Virus record (IMG/VR): IMGVR_UViG_3300009031_000221
Span: 224,001-288,000 of that record
DNA: 64,000 nt
Direction: 5' to 3' (one strand)
Source of the DNA: a virus
Lineage: Duplodnaviria; Caudoviricetes
In this document: one piece after another, positions 1-7,450 of the stretch
Position numbering within the stretch: the stretch's first letter is position 1
Layout of the letters: each line of letters starts with the position of its first letter
The notes under the pieces: generated by a model
Databases searched by the model: none
Told to the model about the DNA's origin: nothing
The model's input: the letters and a program-made list of their open reading frames with translations, nothing else
Position numbers and translations under genes: made by a program

Positions 1-1
1 T

Positions 2-481
2 GTCCGGGTTGCCCCAGGACGTGAAGATGTCGCCACCGGGCAAGGACTTCGGCACGATGGGCTGCGTACGCAGCGTCATCCGTGCCTGCTCCGGCGTGCG
101 ATCCTTCTTCTTCTGGTTGCAGGGCATGCAGCATACAACGATGTTCGTCCAAACCGTCTTGCCACCTTGTGCCTGGGGCACAACATGGTCATAGGTGAAC
201 TCCGACATGGACACCTTCAGACCGCAGTACTGGCAAGTACCATGGTCACGGAGCCAAACGGACTTCCGATTGAACTTCACTCCACGCTTGAAGAATCCGG
301 CAACCTTGCGTACGAAACGGATGACCGATGGCATCTGGAATACTTCGGATACCGTGTGAATCACACGATCCTCATACTCTTCGACGACTTCGACGCGACC
401 CGTAAGTACCCACGTCATGGCCTTCTGCCACGAAACGCGAGTGATGGGCTGGTAGGATTGGGAGAGAACAAGCGTGTCCAT
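2..481 (-). CDS. HNH endonuclease (3' end runs off the window)
   Basis: Manual translation from ATG at 481: MDTLVLSQSYQP...RDHGTCQYCG...TYDHVVPQAQGGKTVWTNIVVCCMPCNQKK, a McrA-type HNH. Absent from the ORF track because there is no stop. Confidence 0.88.
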   Translation of the reverse strand, partial: MDTLVLSQSYQPITRVSWQKAMTWVLTGRVEVVEEYEDRVIHTVSEVFQMPSVIRFVRKVAGFFKRGVKFNRKSVWLRDHGTCQYCGLKVSMSEFTYDHVVPQAQGGKTVWTNIVVCCMPCNQKKKDRTPEQARMTLRTQPIVPKSLPGGDIFTSWGNPD

Positions 482-558
482 GATAAGCCTCGTTACTGTC
501 TGTGTCTCAAGGGAGATCTCCTGCTAAAAAGAATGAGCATTGCGAACCAACTAGAACC

Positions 559-632
559 GGTCGGGGTGGAGGGATTTGAACCCCCGACATCTTGCTCCCA
601 AAGCAAGCGCGCTACCCCTGCGCTACACCCCG
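559..632 (-). tRNA. tRNA-Pro(TGG)
   Basis: Cloverleaf; loop TT-TGG-GA. Confidence 0.92.
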
Positions 633-670
633 AACTACTAGGAGAACGATAACACGTTCTCCGTCTATTA

Positions 671-698
671 TCTACGCTGTTGATGGGGAAAGTAAGTC
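671..698 (-). promoter_or_regulatory. Phage promoter motif CTTAC-N15-CGTAG, copy 1
   Basis: Matches the 25-copy bipartite motif; intergenic. Confidence 0.75.
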
Positions 699-703
699 TC
701 TAG

Positions 704-775
704 CACCCCTGGCAGGACTCGAACCTGCATAAACTGGTTCCGAAGACCAGCGCCCTTCCATTGGGCGTCAGGGGC
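704..775 (-). tRNA. tRNA-Arg(TCG)
   Basis: Loop CT-TCG-GA; ends G73-CTA. Confidence 0.9.
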
Positions 776-776
776 A

Positions 777-854
777 TGGTGACCTTGGGGGGATTTGAAC
801 CCCACGTTCTCAGCTTGAAAGGCTGGTGTCCTAACCGGATTAGACGACAAGGCC
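777..854 (-). tRNA. tRNA-Glu(TTC)
   Basis: Loop CT-TTC-AA; CCA encoded. Confidence 0.92.
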
Positions 855-869
855 GGTGCTATGACGGCT

Positions 870-1139
870 TCATGCCGCCTTGATATGTTCCCGTTGGGCA
901 AGAATCGCCTTGAGGCGATCCTGGTAATCCCTGAAGGGGGTCATCAGTGCCGTGAACTCATCCGGAGTTCCCTGAATGTATTCTCCGCAGCAGTCGCAGA
1001 CGAGGTGCGCCCGGTAGCGGCAGGTCCACCGACGGGACACCTTCATGATGTGAAGCAAGTTCTTGGTATTCCGCTTCACCAACATCTCATCGGGGAGGAT
1101 GGTCAAGCTACCTGGGAAAGGTTGTACTGTTCTTGGCAT
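870..1139 (-). CDS. Hypothetical protein, 89 aa (CDCC motif)
   Basis: ORF fills the gap between RNA genes on the coding strand. Confidence 0.45.
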   Translation of the reverse strand: MPRTVQPFPGSLTILPDEMLVKRNTKNLLHIMKVSRRWTCRYRAHLVCDCCGEYIQGTPDEFTALMTPFRDYQDRLKAILAQREHIKAA

Positions 1140-1167
1140 GACCCCTCCTGTTCACAAGTATCGTTAG

Positions 1168-1305
1168 TGCCGCCCCTTGGATTCGAACCAAGATGTGCAG
1201 GTTCACCGAATCGCCAGTTGTCACACGGCAAAGCCGTGAAGGAAGTGGTGTAACTTACCGAACTAGACGGTTCCCCACAACCCTTACCGTTAGGGCGAAA
1301 GCGAC
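1168..1305 (-). ncRNA. tRNA-like RNA with the anticodon loop replaced by a ~75-nt irregular hairpin
   Basis: Acceptor GTCGCTT/GGGCGGC, D arm GCCC-TAACGGTAA-GGGT, T arm CTTGG-TTCGAAT-CCAAG; insert between the anticodon-stem halves. Confidence 0.65.
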
Positions 1306-1315
1306 ATTGACCTAG

Positions 1316-1388
1316 CGTGCCTAGCAGGACTCGAACCTGCAATCTCTTCCTTCGGAGGGAAGTGCCTTATCCATTGGGCTATAAGCAC
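1316..1388 (-). tRNA. tRNA-Arg(CCG)
   Basis: Loop CT-CCG-AA; ends G73-CTA. Confidence 0.9.
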
Positions 1389-1707
1389 ATTTGACCGGAA
1401 TAGTGTTGCCAATTCCCAATGTCACCATCAGGAGTCACCGGTCGATGAGGGTATTACACGCGGTGTGGGTTATAGCCAAGTCCCTAGACTGGATGTACCA
1501 CTCGGGTCCTCTTTATTAGGTTTGTCATCCCCTTTCGGGTTTAGCCTACAATGACAGCTACATTGAACGGATTTGATCCCACTTTACTTTTCCTATGATA
1601 TTGCACATCTGAAAAGGTGGGTCGGATACCGTTTTTCCCGCTGTGTCTATCCTAGACCAATCTTGCGATCGGCTTTACGGAATACCCTTCAGCGCGAAGC
1701 TGAAGGA

Positions 1708-1781
1708 TGGTGGCCCCTGAGGGAATCGAACCCCCGAAAGCAGCGTGTAAAGCTACCGTCTTACCACTAAACGAAAGAGCC
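1708..1781 (-). tRNA. tRNA-Val(TAC)
   Basis: Loop TT-TAC-AC; CCA encoded. Confidence 0.88.
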
Positions 1782-1790
1782 ATAACCTTA

Positions 1791-2190
1791 GGTGGATCCG
1801 GCGGGAGTCGAACCCGCGTCCGAAGACACATCAACAAGCCTTCTACGTGCGTAGCCTCTATAATTTACCCCGCTCCCGAAGGGTTGGGCTGACTCTGAAA
1901 TCCCCAGATAGAGACACGGGTAAATCAGAACAGGATCTTTGCTATCTGTCAACTTCATGATCCTACCCCGCTAGCACGGGCAAGCCATTATTCCATCCTG
2001 TTTCAGCCTTGCCACCCAATGGTCACTGGTGGGACTGTCACTAACGCTGTGTATTAAGCAGCGGCGGCGAAAGAAGTGAATTCAACGTTGTCGTTGGCAT
2101 TTACTTTTGTGCTTACTTGTTAACCCGGCCAACAAGCTCCGGGGCACGCAAACTCACCTCAGTTGCCCCCGTCGAAACCGGGACGGACCC
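1791..2190 (-). ncRNA. ssrA: tmRNA, tag (A)ANDNVEFTSFAAAA*
   Basis: 5' GGGTCCG...TTCGACGGGG; 3' GCGGGTTCGACTCCCGCCGGATCCACC; G3:U70 alanine pair; resume context AAGTAAAT-GCC AAC GAC AAC...GCT GCT TAA. Confidence 0.95.
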
Positions 2191-2236
2191 AAGGACGGTC
2201 AATGACCCGGGACGCACCCGGAATGACCAAAGACAC

Positions 2237-2310
2237 TGGAGCGGAATACGGGACTCGAACCCGTTTAGCCAGCTTGGAAGGCTGGAGCCCAACCCATGGG
2301 CCAATTCCGC
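2237..2310 (-). tRNA. tRNA-Gly(TCC)
   Basis: Loop CT-TCC-AA; CCA encoded. Confidence 0.9.
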
Positions 2311-2620
2311 ATACGATTTCAAGGACATCACAAAGGTGTGCTATTACGCCAAATGCTCTACGGGTCTTGCCAGACATTGTACCTATCCTATCCCATACTT
2401 TCAGAACTTAGTTCCTGGGCTGCGCCCCCGAAACGTATCTGGCAAACTGTACTTGTCCTTCCCCGAACGATATCGCCTAGTCCCTGGGCGGGTAGTAAAT
2501 CTATCGTTTTGCAACTCATTATAGGATGGCTGCCGCTAGGCCCACCTCCCTATGTGATTGTCCTTACTGCAGCAACGCGAAGTCCCTGCATGTTCAGCCA
2601 GTCGCAACCAGCTTCATCCT

Positions 2621-2648
2621 ATCTACGCACTATCGAGGAAAAGTAAGT
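2621..2648 (-). promoter_or_regulatory. Promoter motif copy 2
   Basis: CTTAC-N15-CGTAG. Confidence 0.75.
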
Positions 2649-2656
2649 CCCCCGAG

Positions 2657-2731
2657 GGTAGGCTTGATGGGATTTGAACCCATGACATCTACTATGTGAA
2701 AGTAGCGCTCTAACCGCTGAACTACAAGCCT
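2657..2731 (-). tRNA. tRNA-Val(CAC)
   Basis: Loop TT-CAC-AT. Confidence 0.9.
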
Positions 2732-2735
2732 ATCG

Positions 2736-2805
2736 GGAGGCGCCTGTGAGAATCGAACTCACCTACCAAGTTTTGCAGACTTGGGCCTTCCCAGAAGAAA
2801 GCGCC
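2736..2805 (-). tRNA. tRNA-Cys(GCA), short D arm
   Basis: Loop CT-GCA-AA; U73. Confidence 0.85.
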
Positions 2806-2811
2806 ATTTTC

Positions 2812-2907
2812 GGTACGCCGTGTGGGGATCGAACCCACCTGAACCATCTACCCTTTCGACCGTTTATAAGACGGAGGGGATACCAGCGCATTTGGTATCC
2901 CGGGTAT
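2812..2907 (-). tRNA. Atypical tRNA, anticodon TAT (Ile), 7-bp D stem and long extra region
   Basis: CCGT-CTTATAA-ACGG arm; GATACCA/TGGTATC D stem; T arm GTGGG-TTCGATC-CCCAC; bulged acceptor. Confidence 0.6.
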
Positions 2908-2937
2908 GTCTGTATGAACCATTCACATTCTCCTCTC

Positions 2938-3012
2938 GGTAGGGGCGGAGGGATTTGAACCCCCGACCAGACCGTTATGAGCGGCCAGCTCTAACCGCTG
3001 AGCTACACCCCC
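2938..3012 (-). tRNA. tRNA(CAT), Ile2-like or Met
   Basis: Loop CT-CAT-AA; body resembles lysidine tRNA-Ile2. Confidence 0.85.
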
Positions 3013-3020
3013 AATTTTCA

Positions 3021-3093
3021 GTTGCTGTGGGCGGGATCGAACCGCCGACAACCAGGATATGAATCTGGCGCTCTACCAACTGAGCTACACAGC
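3021..3093 (-). tRNA. tRNA-Met(CAT), elongator-like
   Basis: Loop TT-CAT-AT. Confidence 0.85.
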
Positions 3094-3309
3094 AAACGTG
3101 CCCCACGGGGCATTGTCTCACCTTTCCGTATAGGATGCAACCCCTATATCATACCCATCTTTGTTTTGTGTGCCTTATCGCACTACATCGTGGGCAATGT
3201 CCAATTCCGTGAACGGTATTCTCCTTGACTCGATTTGGGATTGCGTATACCACTTGTTGAGGTTTCCGATGAAACCCCAAGATGCACATCACCTTTCCCA
3301 AATCCCACT

Positions 3310-3663
3310 TCATACCTGTGAGGGATACTTCCGTTGAAGTACCCGCAGTTGTTCTCGTTCCAAATCTTCGGCCCGTTTGCGTCGGGCTTCCGTATCCTTC
3401 GCAAGCTTGGCACCCTTGGCGTCTTTGACTTCTTGTACTAGGACTGCCAAGTCCGTAACAATTTTCTCAACCATTTCGAATTCTACAATTTCCGCATCCG
3501 CATAATTCGCGTAATGGTGTGACGAAGGCCACATTCCCGCCAAGTGCGTTTTGATGTGCCCCAAGGATGACCATGTCTTCCCACGGGTTGTCCATCGGGG
3601 CATTGGTCCACCTGACGAAAACAGGTTCGTAGTGCCTTTCTTGCGGATCTTGTAAACCTTCAT
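3310..3663 (-). CDS. Hypothetical protein, 117 aa
   Basis: ORF with RBS (GGAG) and a coiled-coil C-terminus. Confidence 0.7.
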   Translation of the reverse strand: MKVYKIRKKGTTNLFSSGGPMPRWTTRGKTWSSLGHIKTHLAGMWPSSHHYANYADAEIVEFEMVEKIVTDLAVLVQEVKDAKGAKLAKDTEARRKRAEDLEREQLRVLQRKYPSQV

Positions 3664-3681
3664 CGAACATCTCCTACAAAC

Positions 3682-3756
3682 GGCTGGGGTGGAAGGAGTC
3701 GAACCTTCAAATCCCTGGGTCAGAACCAGGTGCGGTTGCCATTTTGCTACACCCCA
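3682..3756 (-). tRNA. tRNA-Gln(CTG)
   Basis: Loop TT-CTG-AC. Confidence 0.88.
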
Positions 3757-3772
3757 ATCAGGAGCAATTTCA

Positions 3773-3846
3773 TGGTAGGGGTGGAAGGATTCGAACCTTC
3801 ATAGCGGGGACCAAAATCCCGCGTCCTGCCTTTGGACGACACCCCC
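3773..3846 (-). tRNA. tRNA-Gln(TTG)
   Basis: Loop TT-TTG-GT; CCA encoded. Confidence 0.85.
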
Positions 3847-3895
3847 GTCATAAGTGTTCAAGAACACCTATTTAGTGAACAAAGCTCCTACCTAG

Positions 3896-3968
3896 TGCGC
3901 CGGGAGGGGCTCGAACCCTCGACCAATAGATTAAAAGTCTACTGCTCTACCAACTGAGCTACCAGCAC
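3896..3968 (-). tRNA. tRNA-Lys(TTT)
   Basis: Loop CT-TTT-AA; ends A73-CTA. Confidence 0.92.
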
Positions 3969-4483
3969 TTCTCTACTTCATCGTATTCATACAAGGTATC
4001 GCTGTCAATCCCTGCCTTCTCTTCCCCTTGCGGTTCCCTCGCCTTGTCCATACGCCTACCGCAAACGATTAGCGTATTCCTCCTGTCTGCTTCGTAGGCG
4101 AGAAGCTCACGTTGTAGCAGATGTTGGAAGAATCCAGGTGTACCACAAGCCGTGCCCCCCGTGTTGCACCCAACGTATGCAACCACACTCGCCCGCTCGA
4201 GGATCTCGACAAGACCGTCGATGGCACGACTGTTTGTTGGCCATGCAACGAAGGCCACATCCACCGAGTCCATGAAATCCGCGAAGTACCCATGGATCAC
4301 CTCGATTTGTGGATGCTTCCGCATCCGTGATATTTCCTTGTCCAAAGCCACCGCACGAGTAGCCCCAAGGGAAATGATGTATCGAGACCATTCTCCCGAC
4401 CCGGCACCTAAGTCTGTCACGACCCGGTTCCGAATGAATGGGATCAAGGTTTCCTTTTGCTTGTCGGTTAACCCACCAAACAC
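3959..4483 (-). CDS. SAM-dependent methyltransferase-like protein
   Basis: VTDLGAGSG motif I followed by AVALD. Confidence 0.65.
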   Translation of the reverse strand: MFGGLTDKQKETLIPFIRNRVVTDLGAGSGEWSRYIISLGATRAVALDKEISRMRKHPQIEVIHGYFADFMDSVDVAFVAWPTNSRAIDGLVEILERASVVAYVGCNTGGTACGTPGFFQHLLQRELLAYEADRRNTLIVCGRRMDKAREPQGEEKAGIDSDTLYEYDEVEKCW

Positions 4484-4502
4484 AGATCACCTCATCCGAG
4501 TG

Positions 4503-4530
4503 ATCTACGCACTTGCTGCCAGAAGTAAGT
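4503..4530 (-). promoter_or_regulatory. Promoter motif copy 3
   Basis: CTTAC-N15-CGTAG. Confidence 0.75.
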
Positions 4531-4534
4531 CTGG

Positions 4535-5286
4535 CTAGATGATTCGGAGGACGATGGCAGTGATATTGTCGTTCCCGCCATTCGTATTTGCCTGTCGAAT
4601 CAATTCGTAGACCGCCTGCTTGGGATCGGGATTCGATTCCATGATTCGCAGGATCTCATCGTCTTCGACTTCCCCAGACAAGCCATCCGAACACAGCAAG
4701 TACATGTCCCCAGACTGGGCATCGATCGTCATGATCGGCACCTTGACGGAATCACTCAACCCACAGGCCTGTGTGATGATGTTCTTATGCGGGCACGTGG
4801 CTACCTGTTCCTTGGTGATATACCCTGCATCGAGGTAATGCTGTACTGCCGAATCTTGGTCAACTGATCCAATGACCCGTCCCGCAGTCGATAGATACGG
4901 CTATCCCCCACATGGCCAACCGTGACGTTGTCTTCCCCAACCATCAAGGCAACAACGGTCGTGCCCATGCGATTGACGCGAACATTCCCCTCTGACATGT
5001 TCTTGGAGAAGATCTCAAAGTTCGCCCAATGAATGCACCCATGGATCAGGTTCTCATTGGGGGTCAAGCCCGATTGAACTGACCAAGGGGCTACGGCTTC
5101 CGGATCCGCCAATGCACTTAGAGTCCGTTGGAACGTATCGACAAGCATCTGAGAGGCCACTTCCCCGTCGATATGTCCGCCCATCCCATCCGCGACAACA
5201 AACACCCTATCGGCAATGAGAAGATTGTCCTCATTGTGAGGGCGCCTTTTACCTACATCCGTTTGACCGGCAACTTCGTACTTCAT
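4535..5286 (-). pseudogene. PP2C-family Ser/Thr phosphatase, frameshifted near 4855
   Basis: N-half TDVGKRRPHNED, VADGMGGH, HVGDSR; C-half LLCSDGL, GGNDNIT. Frame changes where QLTKDHS is expected. Confidence 0.85.
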
Positions 5287-5322
5287 GTGAGGCCTCCGAT
5301 ACTTGAGCGGATAGGGGATCTA

Positions 5323-5790
5323 TCAGACGGGCATGAGTTCGCGAACCAGGGTTAAGGTTTCGCCCAACCAGTTCGTCCCCTGCCACCGACTGCGATCCTC
5401 TGCACGGGGATCGTCACGGGGCAAACCAATTCCCCAGACTTTGTCGTAAGGGCTAGCCTCAACCAGGGTCGTACCCTTGGTTGCCAACAGGAGAACCTTC
5501 AGGTCAGGGTTTTGCGCGTACTTCGCCATGCTGGCACGGAATACAACATCCTTGGCGACACTGTTCCACTTGTCCGCATTGAACCCTTTGACGGAACGCC
5601 CAAGGCGCTTCATCTCCTTGGGATCCGAGGTTGCCATGATCATGAGGGCGGCGTCCTTGTCATCAAAGAGCCTTGCCTTCTCAACCATCATGTATTGTTC
5701 AGCACACGTGTAGTGGTATCCGTCAATCTTGAATCTTGACGGATACCACTGGCTGAAAGGTCCGTCCCAGAAGAATGTGAACTTTTCCAT
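5323..5790 (-). CDS. NADAR family protein
   Basis: FSQWYPS, CAEQYMM.KA.LF.D, KRLGR.V.GF, LVEASPYDKVWGIG, G.NWLG. Confidence 0.92.
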   Translation of the reverse strand: MEKFTFFWDGPFSQWYPSRFKIDGYHYTCAEQYMMVEKARLFDDKDAALMIMATSDPKEMKRLGRSVKGFNADKWNSVAKDVVFRASMAKYAQNPDLKVLLLATKGTTLVEASPYDKVWGIGLPRDDPRAEDRSRWQGTNWLGETLTLVRELMPV

Positions 5791-5797
5791 GCTTTCC

Positions 5798-6622
5798 TTA
5801 GATGATCCGCACGAGGGGTCGGATCCTGTCCGGCCATGCCGCACCGTTGATTGCCTCATGAATGTCCGACTCGCGGTACCGGGCAGAGAAGTGCGTCAGC
5901 ACCAATGCCTGGGTGTCGAAGATCTCCGCACGATCCACCAGTTCCTGCAAATGCGTGTGACCACGCTCATCTGCATGAGCCGGAGTTCTATCCCCGGCTG
6001 AATAGGTCGCCTCAGTGATAATCACCTGAGCGTGACGGATGTCCTCAACCCGATCCCACACCGAGACTCGAGTGTCCCCCGTGTAAACCAACCGGGTCAC
6101 GGGATTTACCGTGGAAACTTCCACGCCCTGCGAACGCAATCGGGCAATCTCATCGCCCGGCATCCCAAGGTATTCCGCTTTCAGCTTCTTGCGAGTCTCG
6201 ATGATTCGGTATCCCTGCGACTCGATCCGATGGTCGGTGATGAACGGACGAACGGACAACCCCTTGCCCAGGTCATACGTGACCTCAGGAGGCAGCGGAA
6301 CGATGGTGCAAGGGATTTGCTCGCCGTTTTTCGCACCCTCCAGGGCACCCCAAACCTTGAACAGGGACTGCAGGCTAGGAGCGAGACCGGGAGGAACGAT
6401 GAACACGGAAGGGGTCATCCCCAGCAGGGCACGCCTCGCCGCATGCATGGTGATAGCACCGATATGATCCATATGACCGTGCGTGATCAGTACGGTTTGG
6501 CAGTTGACGGCATCAACCGTCATCATGCCAATGTCCAAGGCAATGCCCATCTGCGGCAACGTGATGCACGTTTCCATACCGCTAACGGAGACACCTTGCA
6601 TTTGGATTCCCGCACAAATCAT
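5798..6622 (-). CDS. rnz: RNase Z (tRNase Z, metallo-beta-lactamase fold)
   Basis: THGHMDH, DHRIESQGY, exosite KKLKAEYLGMPG, YTGDT, EATY, HTH, LTHFSARY. Confidence 0.85.
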   Translation of the reverse strand: MICAGIQMQGVSVSGMETCITLPQMGIALDIGMMTVDAVNCQTVLITHGHMDHIGAITMHAARRALLGMTPSVFIVPPGLAPSLQSLFKVWGALEGAKNGEQIPCTIVPLPPEVTYDLGKGLSVRPFITDHRIESQGYRIIETRKKLKAEYLGMPGDEIARLRSQGVEVSTVNPVTRLVYTGDTRVSVWDRVEDIRHAQVIITEATYSAGDRTPAHADERGHTHLQELVDRAEIFDTQALVLTHFSARYRESDIHEAINGAAWPDRIRPLVRII

Positions 6623-6658
6623 CGAAAGTTCCTAGTAGACATGATGTCCGCTATAGGA

Positions 6659-6686
6659 TCTACGCTAAACTGATAAGAAGTAAGTG
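6659..6686 (-). promoter_or_regulatory. Promoter motif copy 4
   Basis: CTTAC-N15-CGTAG. Confidence 0.75.
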
Positions 6687-6841
6687 GCCGACACAAGAAG
6701 ATTAGTCCGCACGAAGTCTCGTAACTGCTTAATGCAGTCCGTTAGCACTAGTGACAACCCCATTTAGAGTGTTGCCCCCATCCCATTCGCGGTTGCCCGG
6801 TTAGGTACCTTAGCGACGATAGTAAATCTTCCTGGCCGGCC

Positions 6842-6915
6842 GGTGGATCCTGCGGGAGTCGAACCCGCGACTCTGCAATGCGAATGCAGTGTTTTCCCAA
6901 CTGAACTAAGGACCC
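6842..6915 (-). tRNA. tRNA-Ala(CGC)
   Basis: Loop TT-CGC-AT; G3:U70. Confidence 0.92.
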
Positions 6916-7142
6916 GTATGTTCACACTTCTCCATATTGAATCTACCTGGATAGTGCAACTGCTTCCACAAAGGCAAATCTCCATCACAGTTGTAATGAA
7001 TTGCCCAGTTACCTACGAAACATGCGAAGTGCGGGGATCGATAGGGCGATCGGATATACCCATTGATTCCCGTCATGGTGCCGATTCTACCATTAGGCCA
7101 GTAGTACAACCATGCTAATGCTGCACCGGTCAAGCAGTTCAT
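6906..7142 (-). CDS. Hypothetical protein, 78 aa
   Basis: ATGA coupling with the upstream ORF. Confidence 0.4.
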   Translation of the reverse strand: MNCLTGAALAWLYYWPNGRIGTMTGINGYIRSPYRSPHFACFVGNWAIHYNCDGDLPLWKQLHYPGRFNMEKCEHTGP

Positions 7143-7432
7143 CGGGGGAACACAAGGATGGTGAACCCATCCAACGTTCCATCAGGGAACGTTGCCGCAA
7201 TCTTGGCCTTGAATGATTCAACATCACCTTGCCGAAGAATGACTTCCAGCTTGTTTGACCGCAATAGATCCGTTGAATACTTGAATTCTTTGCCCGGTTT
7301 CAACATCGTGCGGAACTTGATCCGCGTTGAGTACTTTTCCGGGTGCCGAACCATTTCTTCAAATGTGGCTTGGCTTGGACTACGGCTGGGGGCACAATCG
7401 TTTGGTTCGCGAATGAAGCGATTCTTTCCCAT
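7139..7432 (-). CDS. Hypothetical protein, 97 aa
   Basis: ORF following the cytochrome gene. Confidence 0.55.
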   Translation of the reverse strand: MGKNRFIREPNDCAPSRSPSQATFEEMVRHPEKYSTRIKFRTMLKPGKEFKYSTDLLRSNKLEVILRQGDVESFKAKIAATFPDGTLDGFTILVFPR

Positions 7433-7450
7433 GTGCCCCCAGTCCCGTAA

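Noticed and set aside
167-652. 161-aa plus-strand ORF
   Set aside because: Antisense to the HNH gene and tRNA-Pro.
1168-1305. tRNA-Sec
   Set aside because: No TCA anticodon, 7-bp acceptor, and the extension is in the anticodon arm.
3959-6915. ORFs ending inside tRNA 5' ends (3959, 6906)
   Set aside because: tRNAs carry TAG at positions 8-10, so this overlap is expected by chance.
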